A stretch of DNA of 63,709 nucleotides, filler included, from Lama guanicoe (Eukaryota), in NCBI GenBank assembly GCA_013239625.1. It is 177 parts of 177 records of this genome, joined end to end, with 100 filler letters (N's around TTAATTAATTAA, not from the genome) between each part and the next. Parts side by side here need not be neighbours in the genome. Positions count along the whole stretch, not along the records: positions 1 to 260 come from PNXV01049971.1; positions 361 to 620 come from PNXV01049972.1; positions 721 to 980 come from PNXV01049973.1; positions 1,081 to 1,340 come from PNXV01049974.1; positions 1,441 to 1,700 come from PNXV01049975.1; positions 1,801 to 2,060 come from PNXV01049976.1; positions 2,161 to 2,420 come from PNXV01049977.1; positions 2,521 to 2,780 come from PNXV01049978.1; 169 more parts are not named here. One strand, 5' to 3'. Made by a program: the position numbers and the translations under genes. This document shows positions 1-10,624 of the stretch, in pieces. The notes under the pieces were generated by a model. It was not told the origin of the DNA. It made no database searches and saw only the letters and a list, made by a program, of their open reading frames with translations. How positions within the stretch are numbered: the stretch's first letter is position 1; each line of letters opens with the position of its first letter.

Positions 1-260
1 CTCCCACTTCTGCTGACCAGGCCCCTGGAAAATGCACAGGCCATGGACTGGACTCATCTCCAACATCAGCAAATGCTACCAGGCCCGCCACTCTGCAGAT
101 GGGGGCACCTGGCCACCCCCAGTGCCAGCTGCTGCCTGGCTGCTGACAGTACCTCCTCCCGTTCCCCTAGGATTCCCTGAACTGAGCAGCCAAGGTCAGA
201 TGGCTCTGTCCTCTGCTCTAGCCTCCTGGCCCGGAGTCCCCCTGGGCCCAGAACCCTCTG

Positions 261-360
261 NNNNNNNNNNNNNNNNNNNNNNNNNNNNNNNNNNNNNNNN
301 NNNNTTAATTAATTAANNNNNNNNNNNNNNNNNNNNNNNNNNNNNNNNNNNNNNNNNNNN
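261..360. other. Artificial contig spacer N44-TTAATTAATTAA-N44 (first of about 176 copies, every ~360 bp to the end of the window)
   Basis: The identical 100-bp block recurs between all 259-261 bp sequence pieces. The 12-mer is self-complementary and has TAA in all three frames, so it stops all six frames. Confidence 0.99.
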
Positions 361-467
361 GAACTGATATCTAGGCAGCAGAGGCAAAGAATGCTGATAA
401 ATATCTTACAATGCACAGTAGAGCCTCCAACAACAGATATCAATAGTGATGGAATTAAGAAACCCTA
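361..467. mobile_element. MER20-like hAT-Charlie DNA transposon fragment
   Basis: atctagg..agaggc..aatgctgataaatatcttacaatgcacag..tcaatagtg..aagaaacccta resembles the end of the MER20 consensus as I recall it. Confidence 0.65.
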
Positions 468-3240
468 ATATATGTGAATACATGAAAGATGAGTAATTCA
501 TAACTATAATTATCTCTGGGGAAGAGAGACAAGGACTTTATTTAAGAATGATGATCAATGACAGTGGCATTTCTTTACACAAACAATGAAATATCAGAAA
601 AGAAAAGCAAAGAAAAACATNNNNNNNNNNNNNNNNNNNNNNNNNNNNNNNNNNNNNNNNNNNNTTAATTAATTAANNNNNNNNNNNNNNNNNNNNNNNN
701 NNNNNNNNNNNNNNNNNNNNGCCAGCTCCTTGAGGCAGGGCTGGTGTGAGGGCTCCCCATGCTCTCCCAGCCCAGACTCAGTGCACGCGGGGCGAATGCA
801 TGATGATGGCAACCTCTGGACCACTGACTAGAGAGAAAATTGCAAATAGACACTGGGGGGGTCCTGCCTTTAGGAAAAACCCATGCACCACAAAGGCCCA
901 TGGCGTGAGGATGAGAAAGCAGTAGTGGGACTTAGAAAAGCCTTTAGGATAAGCATCACCAGAAAGGCAAATCTCTATTCNNNNNNNNNNNNNNNNNNNN
1001 NNNNNNNNNNNNNNNNNNNNNNNNTTAATTAATTAANNNNNNNNNNNNNNNNNNNNNNNNNNNNNNNNNNNNNNNNNNNNTAGTGGGTAGACAGACTAGG
1101 TAACTCCGTGAGCAAACTCTTAGATCAATTGAAAAAAATAACAAAGCCAGCAAGCATTTTGGAAAATGCGCAGCAGCTGAATGCAGCAGGAGGCGCAGCA
1201 GGAGGCTCTGCGTGCTCTCGGGCTCCCGTCCGGACATCCGCTCCTGGGCTGTGGACTCCACCCTGGGCTCCTGCAGCCGGGCAGAGGCCTCGAGGACACT
1301 GAGGGCTCCCAGGGGGCGGGTCGCTAGACACTGGGAATCCNNNNNNNNNNNNNNNNNNNNNNNNNNNNNNNNNNNNNNNNNNNNTTAATTAATTAANNNN
1401 NNNNNNNNNNNNNNNNNNNNNNNNNNNNNNNNNNNNNNNNGATGGAGAACTTACTAAAGTGTCATCTACAGGGAATTTTCATGGTTGGAGAACATTCTTG
1501 TGATGAAGAAGAATATTTTAAAATTGTTTAGGAAAAATCTATTCCAATCACGGCTGTGTTTGTTCTCAGATATGCAAATATTGTGTCTTGTCATATTTGT
1601 GGGATGAACAGGTGAAACAAAGGAAGCAAAAACTTGATGAAGGTAATGCTGGCCTGGCCCTCTTCTCAGCCAGGTGCCAGCTGGTACCCACTGAACAGTG
1701 NNNNNNNNNNNNNNNNNNNNNNNNNNNNNNNNNNNNNNNNNNNNTTAATTAATTAANNNNNNNNNNNNNNNNNNNNNNNNNNNNNNNNNNNNNNNNNNNN
1801 ATATGAGTCTGAAGGGAGAAGAGAAGAAAGGACTGGCCAGGTGGGAGCTATGAATGGGATGAATTTAGGCAAGTTCCTTCACCTCTGTGGTTTGCAGTTT
1901 ACAGACATAAAACAGAATTGGATTAGATTATCTTTCATGTCCTTTCTAACTCTGACCGTCTATGCTTCAAGAACACTTAGACTTAAATATCCCAGAAGTG
2001 ATGATGATGATTCATTGCCATTTACTGGGTACCTACCGTGTGCCAGGCACTATACCAGACNNNNNNNNNNNNNNNNNNNNNNNNNNNNNNNNNNNNNNNN
2101 NNNNTTAATTAATTAANNNNNNNNNNNNNNNNNNNNNNNNNNNNNNNNNNNNNNNNNNNNAGGGATTTTCTTCACATCCCTAATGCAACCATGAGAAAAC
2201 ACCACATTGGTATCCAAAATCAAGTGTTTGTCAGTATTGAATTACCATTGCAAAACAGTTAGGAATTGTAGGAGTTCTCAAATTTTACCATACTGAGATT
2301 TTTAGCAGCCTAGCATGTTCTTATTTACAGATGCTGTCGGGGAGATGAGAGCATTTTTCAGAGTCAGTGAAATTATCAATCACAGCAAGAGCAGCCAGTT
2401 TTAAATTTGTATCCATTCCCNNNNNNNNNNNNNNNNNNNNNNNNNNNNNNNNNNNNNNNNNNNNTTAATTAATTAANNNNNNNNNNNNNNNNNNNNNNNN
2501 NNNNNNNNNNNNNNNNNNNNTGAAATTCTTCCACTGATGGCTGTTCACCCAGATTTGATTGTTGTCCACGGTCCCTTTTGCCTTTTGGAGCCTTCCAACT
2601 TAAGCACAAGAAACAAACAAACAAACAAACAAAAGAAACGTAATGGTCTCTTTTAGGCAGCAAATTCTCCCTAAATGCTGGACTACTGGGGGAGCAGCAA
2701 GAAGCTATCTTACCCGTAGTCACTTGTCACTTAAGCACATTTCAAACTTTCTGTAAGACCAAAGCTCATCTCAGTACTATNNNNNNNNNNNNNNNNNNNN
2801 NNNNNNNNNNNNNNNNNNNNNNNNTTAATTAATTAANNNNNNNNNNNNNNNNNNNNNNNNNNNNNNNNNNNNNNNNNNNNTTCCTAAAATATTGAGCTTT
2901 GGTTTTAATTCATTTTGAACCATTGCATACTTAGAAATACCATTTCCAGTAAAATAAATATTTTATTATTTAATTGGAAATTTATCTGAGTTCATACTTA
3001 ACCACTATCTTTAGATTAAGAACTATGTTTTGAAGCATATTTGAGAAAATGAGTTTGAAGTTATGGGTGCAGATTATTATGAAATTATAACTATTGACAA
3101 ATACTAGTTGTGTGTATGTGTAGTTTTCCAGTTTTTTTTTNNNNNNNNNNNNNNNNNNNNNNNNNNNNNNNNNNNNNNNNNNNNTTAATTAATTAANNNN
3201 NNNNNNNNNNNNNNNNNNNNNNNNNNNNNNNNNNNNNNNN

Positions 3241-3301
3241 TTGGAACAAGGAAAAGAGCCCTGGATGGTTGACAGAGAGCTGACAAGAGGCCTTTGTTCA
3301 G
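3241..3301 (+). CDS. 3' part of a KRAB-B box exon of a KRAB zinc-finger gene (ZNF829/ZNF383-like by recall)
   Basis: Translates LEQGKEPWMVDRELTRGLCS, then a phase-1 donor G|GTAATT at 3302. This is the canonical KRAB-B exon end. Confidence 0.92.
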
Positions 3302-4320
3302 GTAATTGAGAGATGATATAGCACGAGCAGAGCCTTGAGGAGATATTACCTACAAGATGTTATCAGGAAGCTCCCCTCAAAAACCCAAGGCCTCTTCCAT
3401 AAAAAAGGTATCTTGCTTTGTTTTCTCTTATACTTTCCTCCCAGTCCAGTGTAACAAATACCTTCCTTCTTCATTTCCAAGACAATTATTCTACCGTGTT
3501 NNNNNNNNNNNNNNNNNNNNNNNNNNNNNNNNNNNNNNNNNNNNTTAATTAATTAANNNNNNNNNNNNNNNNNNNNNNNNNNNNNNNNNNNNNNNNNNNN
3601 CAGGAGTGGGTGAGCAGGTGAGGGAACCAGCCGATGCCGCTGGGGGCTCGTTCCACCCCACAGAGAAGGGCCCCTCCGCCCTGCGGGGTCGTGCCGGCCC
3701 TCCCGGCGCCCCGGGCCGCAGGTGCAGGCGGCCCCCCATCGCAGCTGGGCGAAACCTGCCCACGGGGGAGGGCGGTGCTGCAGACAGTTCGGACCTGAGG
3801 CCTCCCTGGAGACGGGAAGGGAGCTTCCCTTCCCGGGAAGAGCTTTAAATTTTTTATTATNNNNNNNNNNNNNNNNNNNNNNNNNNNNNNNNNNNNNNNN
3901 NNNNTTAATTAATTAANNNNNNNNNNNNNNNNNNNNNNNNNNNNNNNNNNNNNNNNNNNNTGAAAGTTAGTAGGTATTCAAAACGTATTTCTGAATACAT
4001 GACTGTATCATCAGGTCTTAGTAATTTTGCAGCCTAAGTCTTTCTCAAACTTTTTTCTTTTCTCTTGCTACTGCTGCACCCAGTGGTAGATGTTACAGTA
4101 GCATCTTGACCTACCAACCTGATAGCTATTATGCCGAGAGCCATCAGCCACCATATGTAAAGGCTAGTGCCGCCATGCTATGGTTCTGTTGGCAGTTTTT
4201 CCTGGTCTCTTCTTCACACCNNNNNNNNNNNNNNNNNNNNNNNNNNNNNNNNNNNNNNNNNNNNTTAATTAATTAANNNNNNNNNNNNNNNNNNNNNNNN
4301 NNNNNNNNNNNNNNNNNNNN

Positions 4321-4580
4321 ACAGGGAAATTAATAGCGATATAGATCTTCCTCAGAAAACAACAATGTCAAATAAAAAATCTAACCCACCGGCTAAAAGA
4401 ATTAGAAACAGAAGAGCAAAAAAATCCAAAAGGCAGAAGAAAGAAGGAAACAATAGAGACTAGGGAGGAAATAAATTAGATACAGATTAAGAAAACAATA
4501 GAAAAATCAATCAATGCAAAAGCTGGTTTTGTGAAAAAGTAAATAAAGTCGACAAACCATTGGACAAATTCACAAAGAAG
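4321..4580 (+). mobile_element. L1 ORF2 fragment (between EN and RT), degraded
   Basis: Encodes remnants of LKELE..EQ..PK..RRKE and KSWFxEKVNKVDKPL, with a stop and a frameshift. Confidence 0.9.
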
Positions 4581-4680
4581 NNNNNNNNNNNNNNNNNNNN
4601 NNNNNNNNNNNNNNNNNNNNNNNNTTAATTAATTAANNNNNNNNNNNNNNNNNNNNNNNNNNNNNNNNNNNNNNNNNNNN

Positions 4681-4940
4681 AGTGATGGACACTTAGATTG
4701 GTTCCATAGCTTGGCTATTGTGAATAATGACACAATGAACACGAAAGTGCAGCTATCTCGTCAATATTTTACTTTGACTCTTATTTGCATTTCTTTGGAT
4801 ATTAGACCGAGTAATGGGATTGCCAGGTCATATGGTAGTTCTATTGTTCCTTTTTTGAGGGCCCTCCATATTGTTTTCCACAGTAGCAGCGCCAATGCCT
4901 GGCTTTACGTTTCTATTTCTATGAAAGCCATTGACTTGTG
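4681..4940 (-). mobile_element. Old L1 ORF2 3'-end fragment, copy A of a duplicate pair
   Basis: gatggacacttagattggttccatagcttggctattgtgaataatg and gggattgccaggtcatatggtagttctatt are typical antisense L1 sequence. It has 7 substitutions versus 5760-6019. Confidence 0.88.
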
Positions 4941-5040
4941 NNNNNNNNNNNNNNNNNNNNNNNNNNNNNNNNNNNNNNNNNNNNTTAATTAATTAANNNN
5001 NNNNNNNNNNNNNNNNNNNNNNNNNNNNNNNNNNNNNNNN

Positions 5041-5300
5041 GTAAATAAGTTCATTTTTGTAAATGAATTTTATTCATTTTTAAGGTTAAGTAATAATCCA
5101 TTTTATGTATATACCACATTTTGTTTATCCTTTCATTCATCCATCCGTGGGTTGCTTCCACCTTTTGACTATTGCGAATAATGCTGTTAGAAACATGAGT
5201 GTGCAAATTATCTTTTTGAGTCCCTGCTTTCAGTTCTTCTGGGTATACACTGAGAAGTGGGATTGCTGGATTAAGTGGTAATTCTATTTTTAATTTTTTA
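5041..5300 (-). mobile_element. L1 3' region fragment
   Basis: tataccacattttgtttatcc and ggattgctggattaagtggtaattctatttttaattt are antisense L1 motifs. Confidence 0.85.
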
Positions 5301-5400
5301 NNNNNNNNNNNNNNNNNNNNNNNNNNNNNNNNNNNNNNNNNNNNTTAATTAATTAANNNNNNNNNNNNNNNNNNNNNNNNNNNNNNNNNNNNNNNNNNNN

Positions 5401-5659
5401 AAAGATACATGCACCCCAATGTTCATAGCAGCATTATTTACAACAGCCAGGACATGGAAACAACCTAAACGTCCATCGACAGATGACTAGATAAAGAAGT
5501 TGTGTTATATTTATACAACGGAATACTACTCAGCCATAAAAAATAAGACAATGCCATTTGCAGCAACGTGGATGGACCTGAGGAATGTCATTCTAAGTGA
5601 AGTAAGCCAGAAAAAGAAAAATACCATGTGATATCACTTATATGTGGAATCTTAAAAAA
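5401..5659 (+). mobile_element. L1 ORF2 C-terminus/3'UTR start
   Basis: aaagatacatgcaccccaatgttcatagcagc (KDTCTPMFIAA), then gaatactactcagccataaaa and ctaagtgaagtaagccaga. Confidence 0.93.
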
Positions 5660-5759
5660 NNNNNNNNNNNNNNNNNNNNNNNNNNNNNNNNNNNNNNNNN
5701 NNNTTAATTAATTAANNNNNNNNNNNNNNNNNNNNNNNNNNNNNNNNNNNNNNNNNNNN

Positions 5760-6019
5760 AGTGATGGACACTTAGATTGGTTCCATAGCTTGGCTATTGT
5801 GAATAATGGCACAATGAACACGAAAGTGAAGCTATCTTGTCAATATTTTACTTTGACTCCTATTTGCATTTCTTTGGATATTAGACCCAGTAATGGGATT
5901 GCCAGGTCATATGGTAGTTCTATTGTTCCTTTCTTGAGGGCCCTCCATATTGTTTTCCACAGTAGCAGCACCAATGCCTGGCTTTACGTTTCTATTTCTA
6001 TGAAAGCCATTGACTTGTG
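5760..6019 (-). mobile_element. Old L1 ORF2 3'-end fragment, copy B of a duplicate pair
   Basis: Same start and end as 4681-4940, with 7 substitutions. Confidence 0.88.
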
Positions 6020-6839
6020 NNNNNNNNNNNNNNNNNNNNNNNNNNNNNNNNNNNNNNNNNNNNTTAATTAATTAANNNNNNNNNNNNNNNNNNNNNNNNN
6101 NNNNNNNNNNNNNNNNNNNCGTCGTTCTGAGACGACGCTCCTGGATGCCCCTGGATGCCCCGTCAAGCCCAACGAGACGGCAATGCACCAAGCAGGAACC
6201 CACGGCAAGCCCTCCAGGGCCTGGGACGTGAGAGACAGGGACCCCTACCAGGCACTGAGGGACGAAGGCTGAGCAGAAACAGGAGTCGCTGTGCCTGAGA
6301 TGACCTGTGGCCCCGTCTTCAGCCCTTCATTGAGCCTCCACCAGGCCACAACTGGTCAGGGCCCGTGGGGGCAGCAAGGNNNNNNNNNNNNNNNNNNNNN
6401 NNNNNNNNNNNNNNNNNNNNNNNTTAATTAATTAANNNNNNNNNNNNNNNNNNNNNNNNNNNNNNNNNNNNNNNNNNNNCTAGGGAAAGTTAGGGTTTTG
6501 TGCTGGAAAGCCCAGTGGCAGCGGTTGCGTCACCAATGTCAGGGAAGTTAATTATCAAACTTACTTCTAAGAGGGAGGGTCTGTGAAAGGTGTTAGCTCG
6601 GTGGTGTTTTCTCTTGAGCTCACCTACGCACAGAGAACTGTTCCGGACTTGAGCGTGGAGACCTTCCACCAACGGTCGGCAACTCGTGGGTTCCAACGGA
6701 ATCCCTTTGCTAATCTCCCCTGAGTTTTTCCTGATTATGNNNNNNNNNNNNNNNNNNNNNNNNNNNNNNNNNNNNNNNNNNNNTTAATTAATTAANNNNN
6801 NNNNNNNNNNNNNNNNNNNNNNNNNNNNNNNNNNNNNNN

Positions 6840-7099
6840 CACTTCATTCATTCATTTAACAAATATCTCTTGAGCATGATTATGTCAGAGTGCTCAGCTA
6901 AGTACTAGGACTGCAGCCTGAGCAAGGCAACTATGGTTCTTGCCATTTAAGGACCTCCTAGTTTGGCGTAGGACGGGTGTTACATAATTGTAGAAGTACT
7001 TATTATTTCTATTGAGATAACACTTTGTCAAGGGTACATACAACATGCTGTGAGTGCTCTTGTTAAGACTTACAACATATCTGGCGATGTCAGGAAAGA
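6840..7099 (-). mobile_element. L2 3' end
   Basis: ttcattcattcatttaacaaatatctcttgagc is the antisense L2 tail. Confidence 0.7.
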
Positions 7100-7559
7100 N
7101 NNNNNNNNNNNNNNNNNNNNNNNNNNNNNNNNNNNNNNNNNNNTTAATTAATTAANNNNNNNNNNNNNNNNNNNNNNNNNNNNNNNNNNNNNNNNNNNNA
7201 CAGAAATTTTATAATTTTTTTAAGTCCCTGGACTTCTCATTTTCAAGAAATACATGTCATTAACTTTATTCAATAAATGCAACTAAACTGACAAATTTTA
7301 AACTTCTTAAAAAGCTCCATTTTAAATTCTATTTTAGAAATTATTATTGCCTAATAACTAGAGATATACTTTCCAATGTTTGGTTTCCAATCAAGTTTCT
7401 GATTGATTTTGGTTTGGCATTGGTTCATAGTAATTTTCAAGTTTTGCTGCACCCCAGTTNNNNNNNNNNNNNNNNNNNNNNNNNNNNNNNNNNNNNNNNN
7501 NNNTTAATTAATTAANNNNNNNNNNNNNNNNNNNNNNNNNNNNNNNNNNNNNNNNNNNN

Positions 7560-7818
7560 TATTAGCTAGTATCTGCAAATCTTGAATTCCCAATTTATCC
7601 CTTCCCACCTTCTTCCTCCCCTGATAACCATAAGTTTGTGTACTATGTCTGTGAGTCTGTTTCTGTTTGTAAATAAATTTGTTTAACTTTTTTATTTTTT
7701 AGAATTCACATAGAAGTGATATTATATGGTATTTTTCTTTCTCTTTCTGGCTTGCTTCCATCCATGTTACTTCAAATGGCATTATTTTGTCATTTTTATG
7801 GCTGAATAGTATTCCATT
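7560..7818 (-). mobile_element. L1 3'UTR fragment
   Basis: taaccataagtttg..tatgtctgtgagtctgtttctgttt..tggctgaatagtattccatt. Confidence 0.88.
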
Positions 7819-8110
7819 NNNNNNNNNNNNNNNNNNNNNNNNNNNNNNNNNNNNNNNNNNNNTTAATTAATTAANNNNNNNNNNNNNNNNNNNNNNNNNN
7901 NNNNNNNNNNNNNNNNNNGTTTTTTCCCTTTATACCTTCTAAAACCGGCGTGGCTGCTCAGTGGAGATAAAGTGAGGCCTGCACCTGGGCGCAGCAGTGT
8001 CCTGTTATCGCAGGCGTTCCCGACCCTGGAGGAACAGAAGCTGGTCATGTCAGCGTGCCTTTGTCTCCTTGCAGGGACGCACTGACTCTCATCCCCCTTT
8101 TCGCCAACAG

Positions 8111-8178
8111 GACCATGGAAACAACCGACTTCGATTTGTTGCTGAAGACAGATGATGACTGTTACATAGACTTAGAAG
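8111..8178 (+). CDS. B3GALNT2: Partial exon of beta-1,3-N-acetylgalactosaminyltransferase 2
   Basis: A polypyrimidine tract and CAG acceptor end at 8110, followed by TMETTDFDLLLKTDDDCYIDLE. This has the GT31 KTDDD motif and matches recalled B3GALNT2 LLLKTDDDCYIDLEAV. Confidence 0.9.
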
Positions 8179-9358
8179 NNNNNNNNNNNNNNNNNNNNNN
8201 NNNNNNNNNNNNNNNNNNNNNNTTAATTAATTAANNNNNNNNNNNNNNNNNNNNNNNNNNNNNNNNNNNNNNNNNNNNGAACACAGGGGCGTATCTGTCC
8301 CTGTTCGCTGCTGTACACAACCCAGCTAATATTTAATGAATACGTTAAATGTAGTGTCCTAGGCACTGAGGAGGCTGCCTTGAACACTATAACGTCCCTC
8401 TTCTCATGGTTTTCACAATTTGGTGAGCGGTTCAGGTAACACAGCAAAGAAATAAATAAGAATATATCAGGCCAGGATGAATGCTAAGATGAAAATAAAA
8501 CAGAAGGCATAGAGCATGACTGAGGAGCAACTTCTACTNNNNNNNNNNNNNNNNNNNNNNNNNNNNNNNNNNNNNNNNNNNNTTAATTAATTAANNNNNN
8601 NNNNNNNNNNNNNNNNNNNNNNNNNNNNNNNNNNNNNNTTGTCCAGTACAGAGGAACTGGAGCGCTCTGTGATGTATCAGTTTGGCAGTGGGGTCCCATT
8701 TTCAGACTGAGGAGGAGCAGCCAGAGTTCTGAGTGGCAGGAAGGGAGTGCGTGGGAGGGGGTGGGGGGAGCTGTAGGAGCTGCAGTCCAGGAGGCAGGGG
8801 AGACCAGGTTGTCTCGGGTCCCCAAAGGCCATTGGGATAACCTCGTTTGTACTGTGAGATAGGAGTCTATTGGAAGGATTTAAACACCAGATTGAATANN
8901 NNNNNNNNNNNNNNNNNNNNNNNNNNNNNNNNNNNNNNNNNNTTAATTAATTAANNNNNNNNNNNNNNNNNNNNNNNNNNNNNNNNNNNNNNNNNNNNAG
9001 CACAGGTTGACTTGTAAGCTTCCTTCTCTATCTCAAGCCTGCACTACTAAAACGTAGTTTTCTACACGGCAATCCACTTCATCTCCTTTCCCTTAATCTC
9101 CAGCTCACTCAGCGATACCCTGAAGAATTAGATCCTGACTTCGCTCAGTGATGTAAAGGCACATTCTGGTCCAGCTCTTCCTCTGATCCTCTATTAAATA
9201 TGCAACACTCACATGCACACTCACGCTGAAATCAGCAAGAGAATCACCAGTTCAGTTGNNNNNNNNNNNNNNNNNNNNNNNNNNNNNNNNNNNNNNNNNN
9301 NNTTAATTAATTAANNNNNNNNNNNNNNNNNNNNNNNNNNNNNNNNNNNNNNNNNNNN

Positions 9359-9600
9359 CACTCAATAGAACAACATTCAACCTTAAAAAGGAAGGAAATT
9401 CTGCAATGTGCTACAACATAGATGGGACTGGAGGACATCATGCGAAGTGAAATAAGCCAGTCACAAAGAGACGAATACTGTGTGATTCCACTTAGATGAA
9501 GTAGAGTGGAGGCAGAAAGTGAAATAGTGATTTCTGGGGGCTGCTGGGAGGAGAAAATAGAGTTATTGCTTCATGGATATAAAGTTTCAGATTTACAGAT
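9359..9600 (+). mobile_element. Old L1M 3' end
   Basis: ccttaaaaaggaaggaaattctg..gaggacatcatgcgaagtgaaataagccagtcacaaa. Confidence 0.85.
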
Positions 9601-10588
9601 GGTCATGGTGTCTGGGATNNNNNNNNNNNNNNNNNNNNNNNNNNNNNNNNNNNNNNNNNNNNTTAATTAATTAANNNNNNNNNNNNNNNNNNNNNNNNNN
9701 NNNNNNNNNNNNNNNNNNTTTTTTTCAAGTGAATATACCCACGTAGTTTTGTCTAACTAGCTAATGCTGGTGAATCCACTGACTGGTGGAGATGATTAAT
9801 TTGTGATCCAATCAAAAGACAAATAATATTAAATCCCTTTTTCACTTTTTATAATTGGTGGTGAGTTTCTTCATATTTCTAAAGCAACCCAAACCTCTAT
9901 TTGTTTCCTGCACCAGTCACTCTGGCTGTTACCTGCAAGCTTGCTATTGGGAGCCAAAGATAATCCAGGGCATGAGACNNNNNNNNNNNNNNNNNNNNNN
10001 NNNNNNNNNNNNNNNNNNNNNNTTAATTAATTAANNNNNNNNNNNNNNNNNNNNNNNNNNNNNNNNNNNNNNNNNNNNTGGCTATTGTAAATAGTGCTGT
10101 TAAGAACATTGGGGTGCATGTATCTTTCCGATTAAAGTTCCCTCTGGATATGTGCCCAGGGGTCATTCACACTTATTGGTGCCTGTAATGCCTGGGCCTG
10201 TGTTGGGCAATAGGCAGCCAGAGTCAAATGTTGGATAATTTGTACAATAAAGGGGCAGATAATTTATATGATGGAGTAGGCTATTGTTTCTACTTAACAT
10301 TCTCTTCCCAAATCTAAGGTGACTCAAAGGTAAATAAGNNNNNNNNNNNNNNNNNNNNNNNNNNNNNNNNNNNNNNNNNNNNTTAATTAATTAANNNNNN
10401 NNNNNNNNNNNNNNNNNNNNNNNNNNNNNNNNNNNNNNGGCTTGGGAGGTGACTCTGGAAGGAAGCAGATCTCAGGACTGGATGTGGTCGACTCACCTGC
10501 TCTCAGGAAGCCCGTTTAAAGAAGGAAGAAGGGAAAGTGGAGCCTCTGGGGTGGAGGATCAGGGAAGGTTCAAGGAAGAAACACTCAC

Positions 10589-10624
10589 CATCTCTTCTTA
10601 GGTCTCCTTGGCCAACACACAGCC
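10589..10624 (-). CDS. TARM1: 36-nt signal-peptide exon 2 of a leukocyte receptor complex Ig-like gene, TARM1-like
   Basis: Minus strand reads ttctttgcAG|GGCTGTGTGTTGGCCAAGGAGACCTAAGAAGAGATG|GTGAGT, encoding LCVGQGDLRRD. Recalled human TARM1 is RLCVGQGDTRGD. A 36-nt phase-1/1 exon is typical of LRC genes. Confidence 0.75.
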
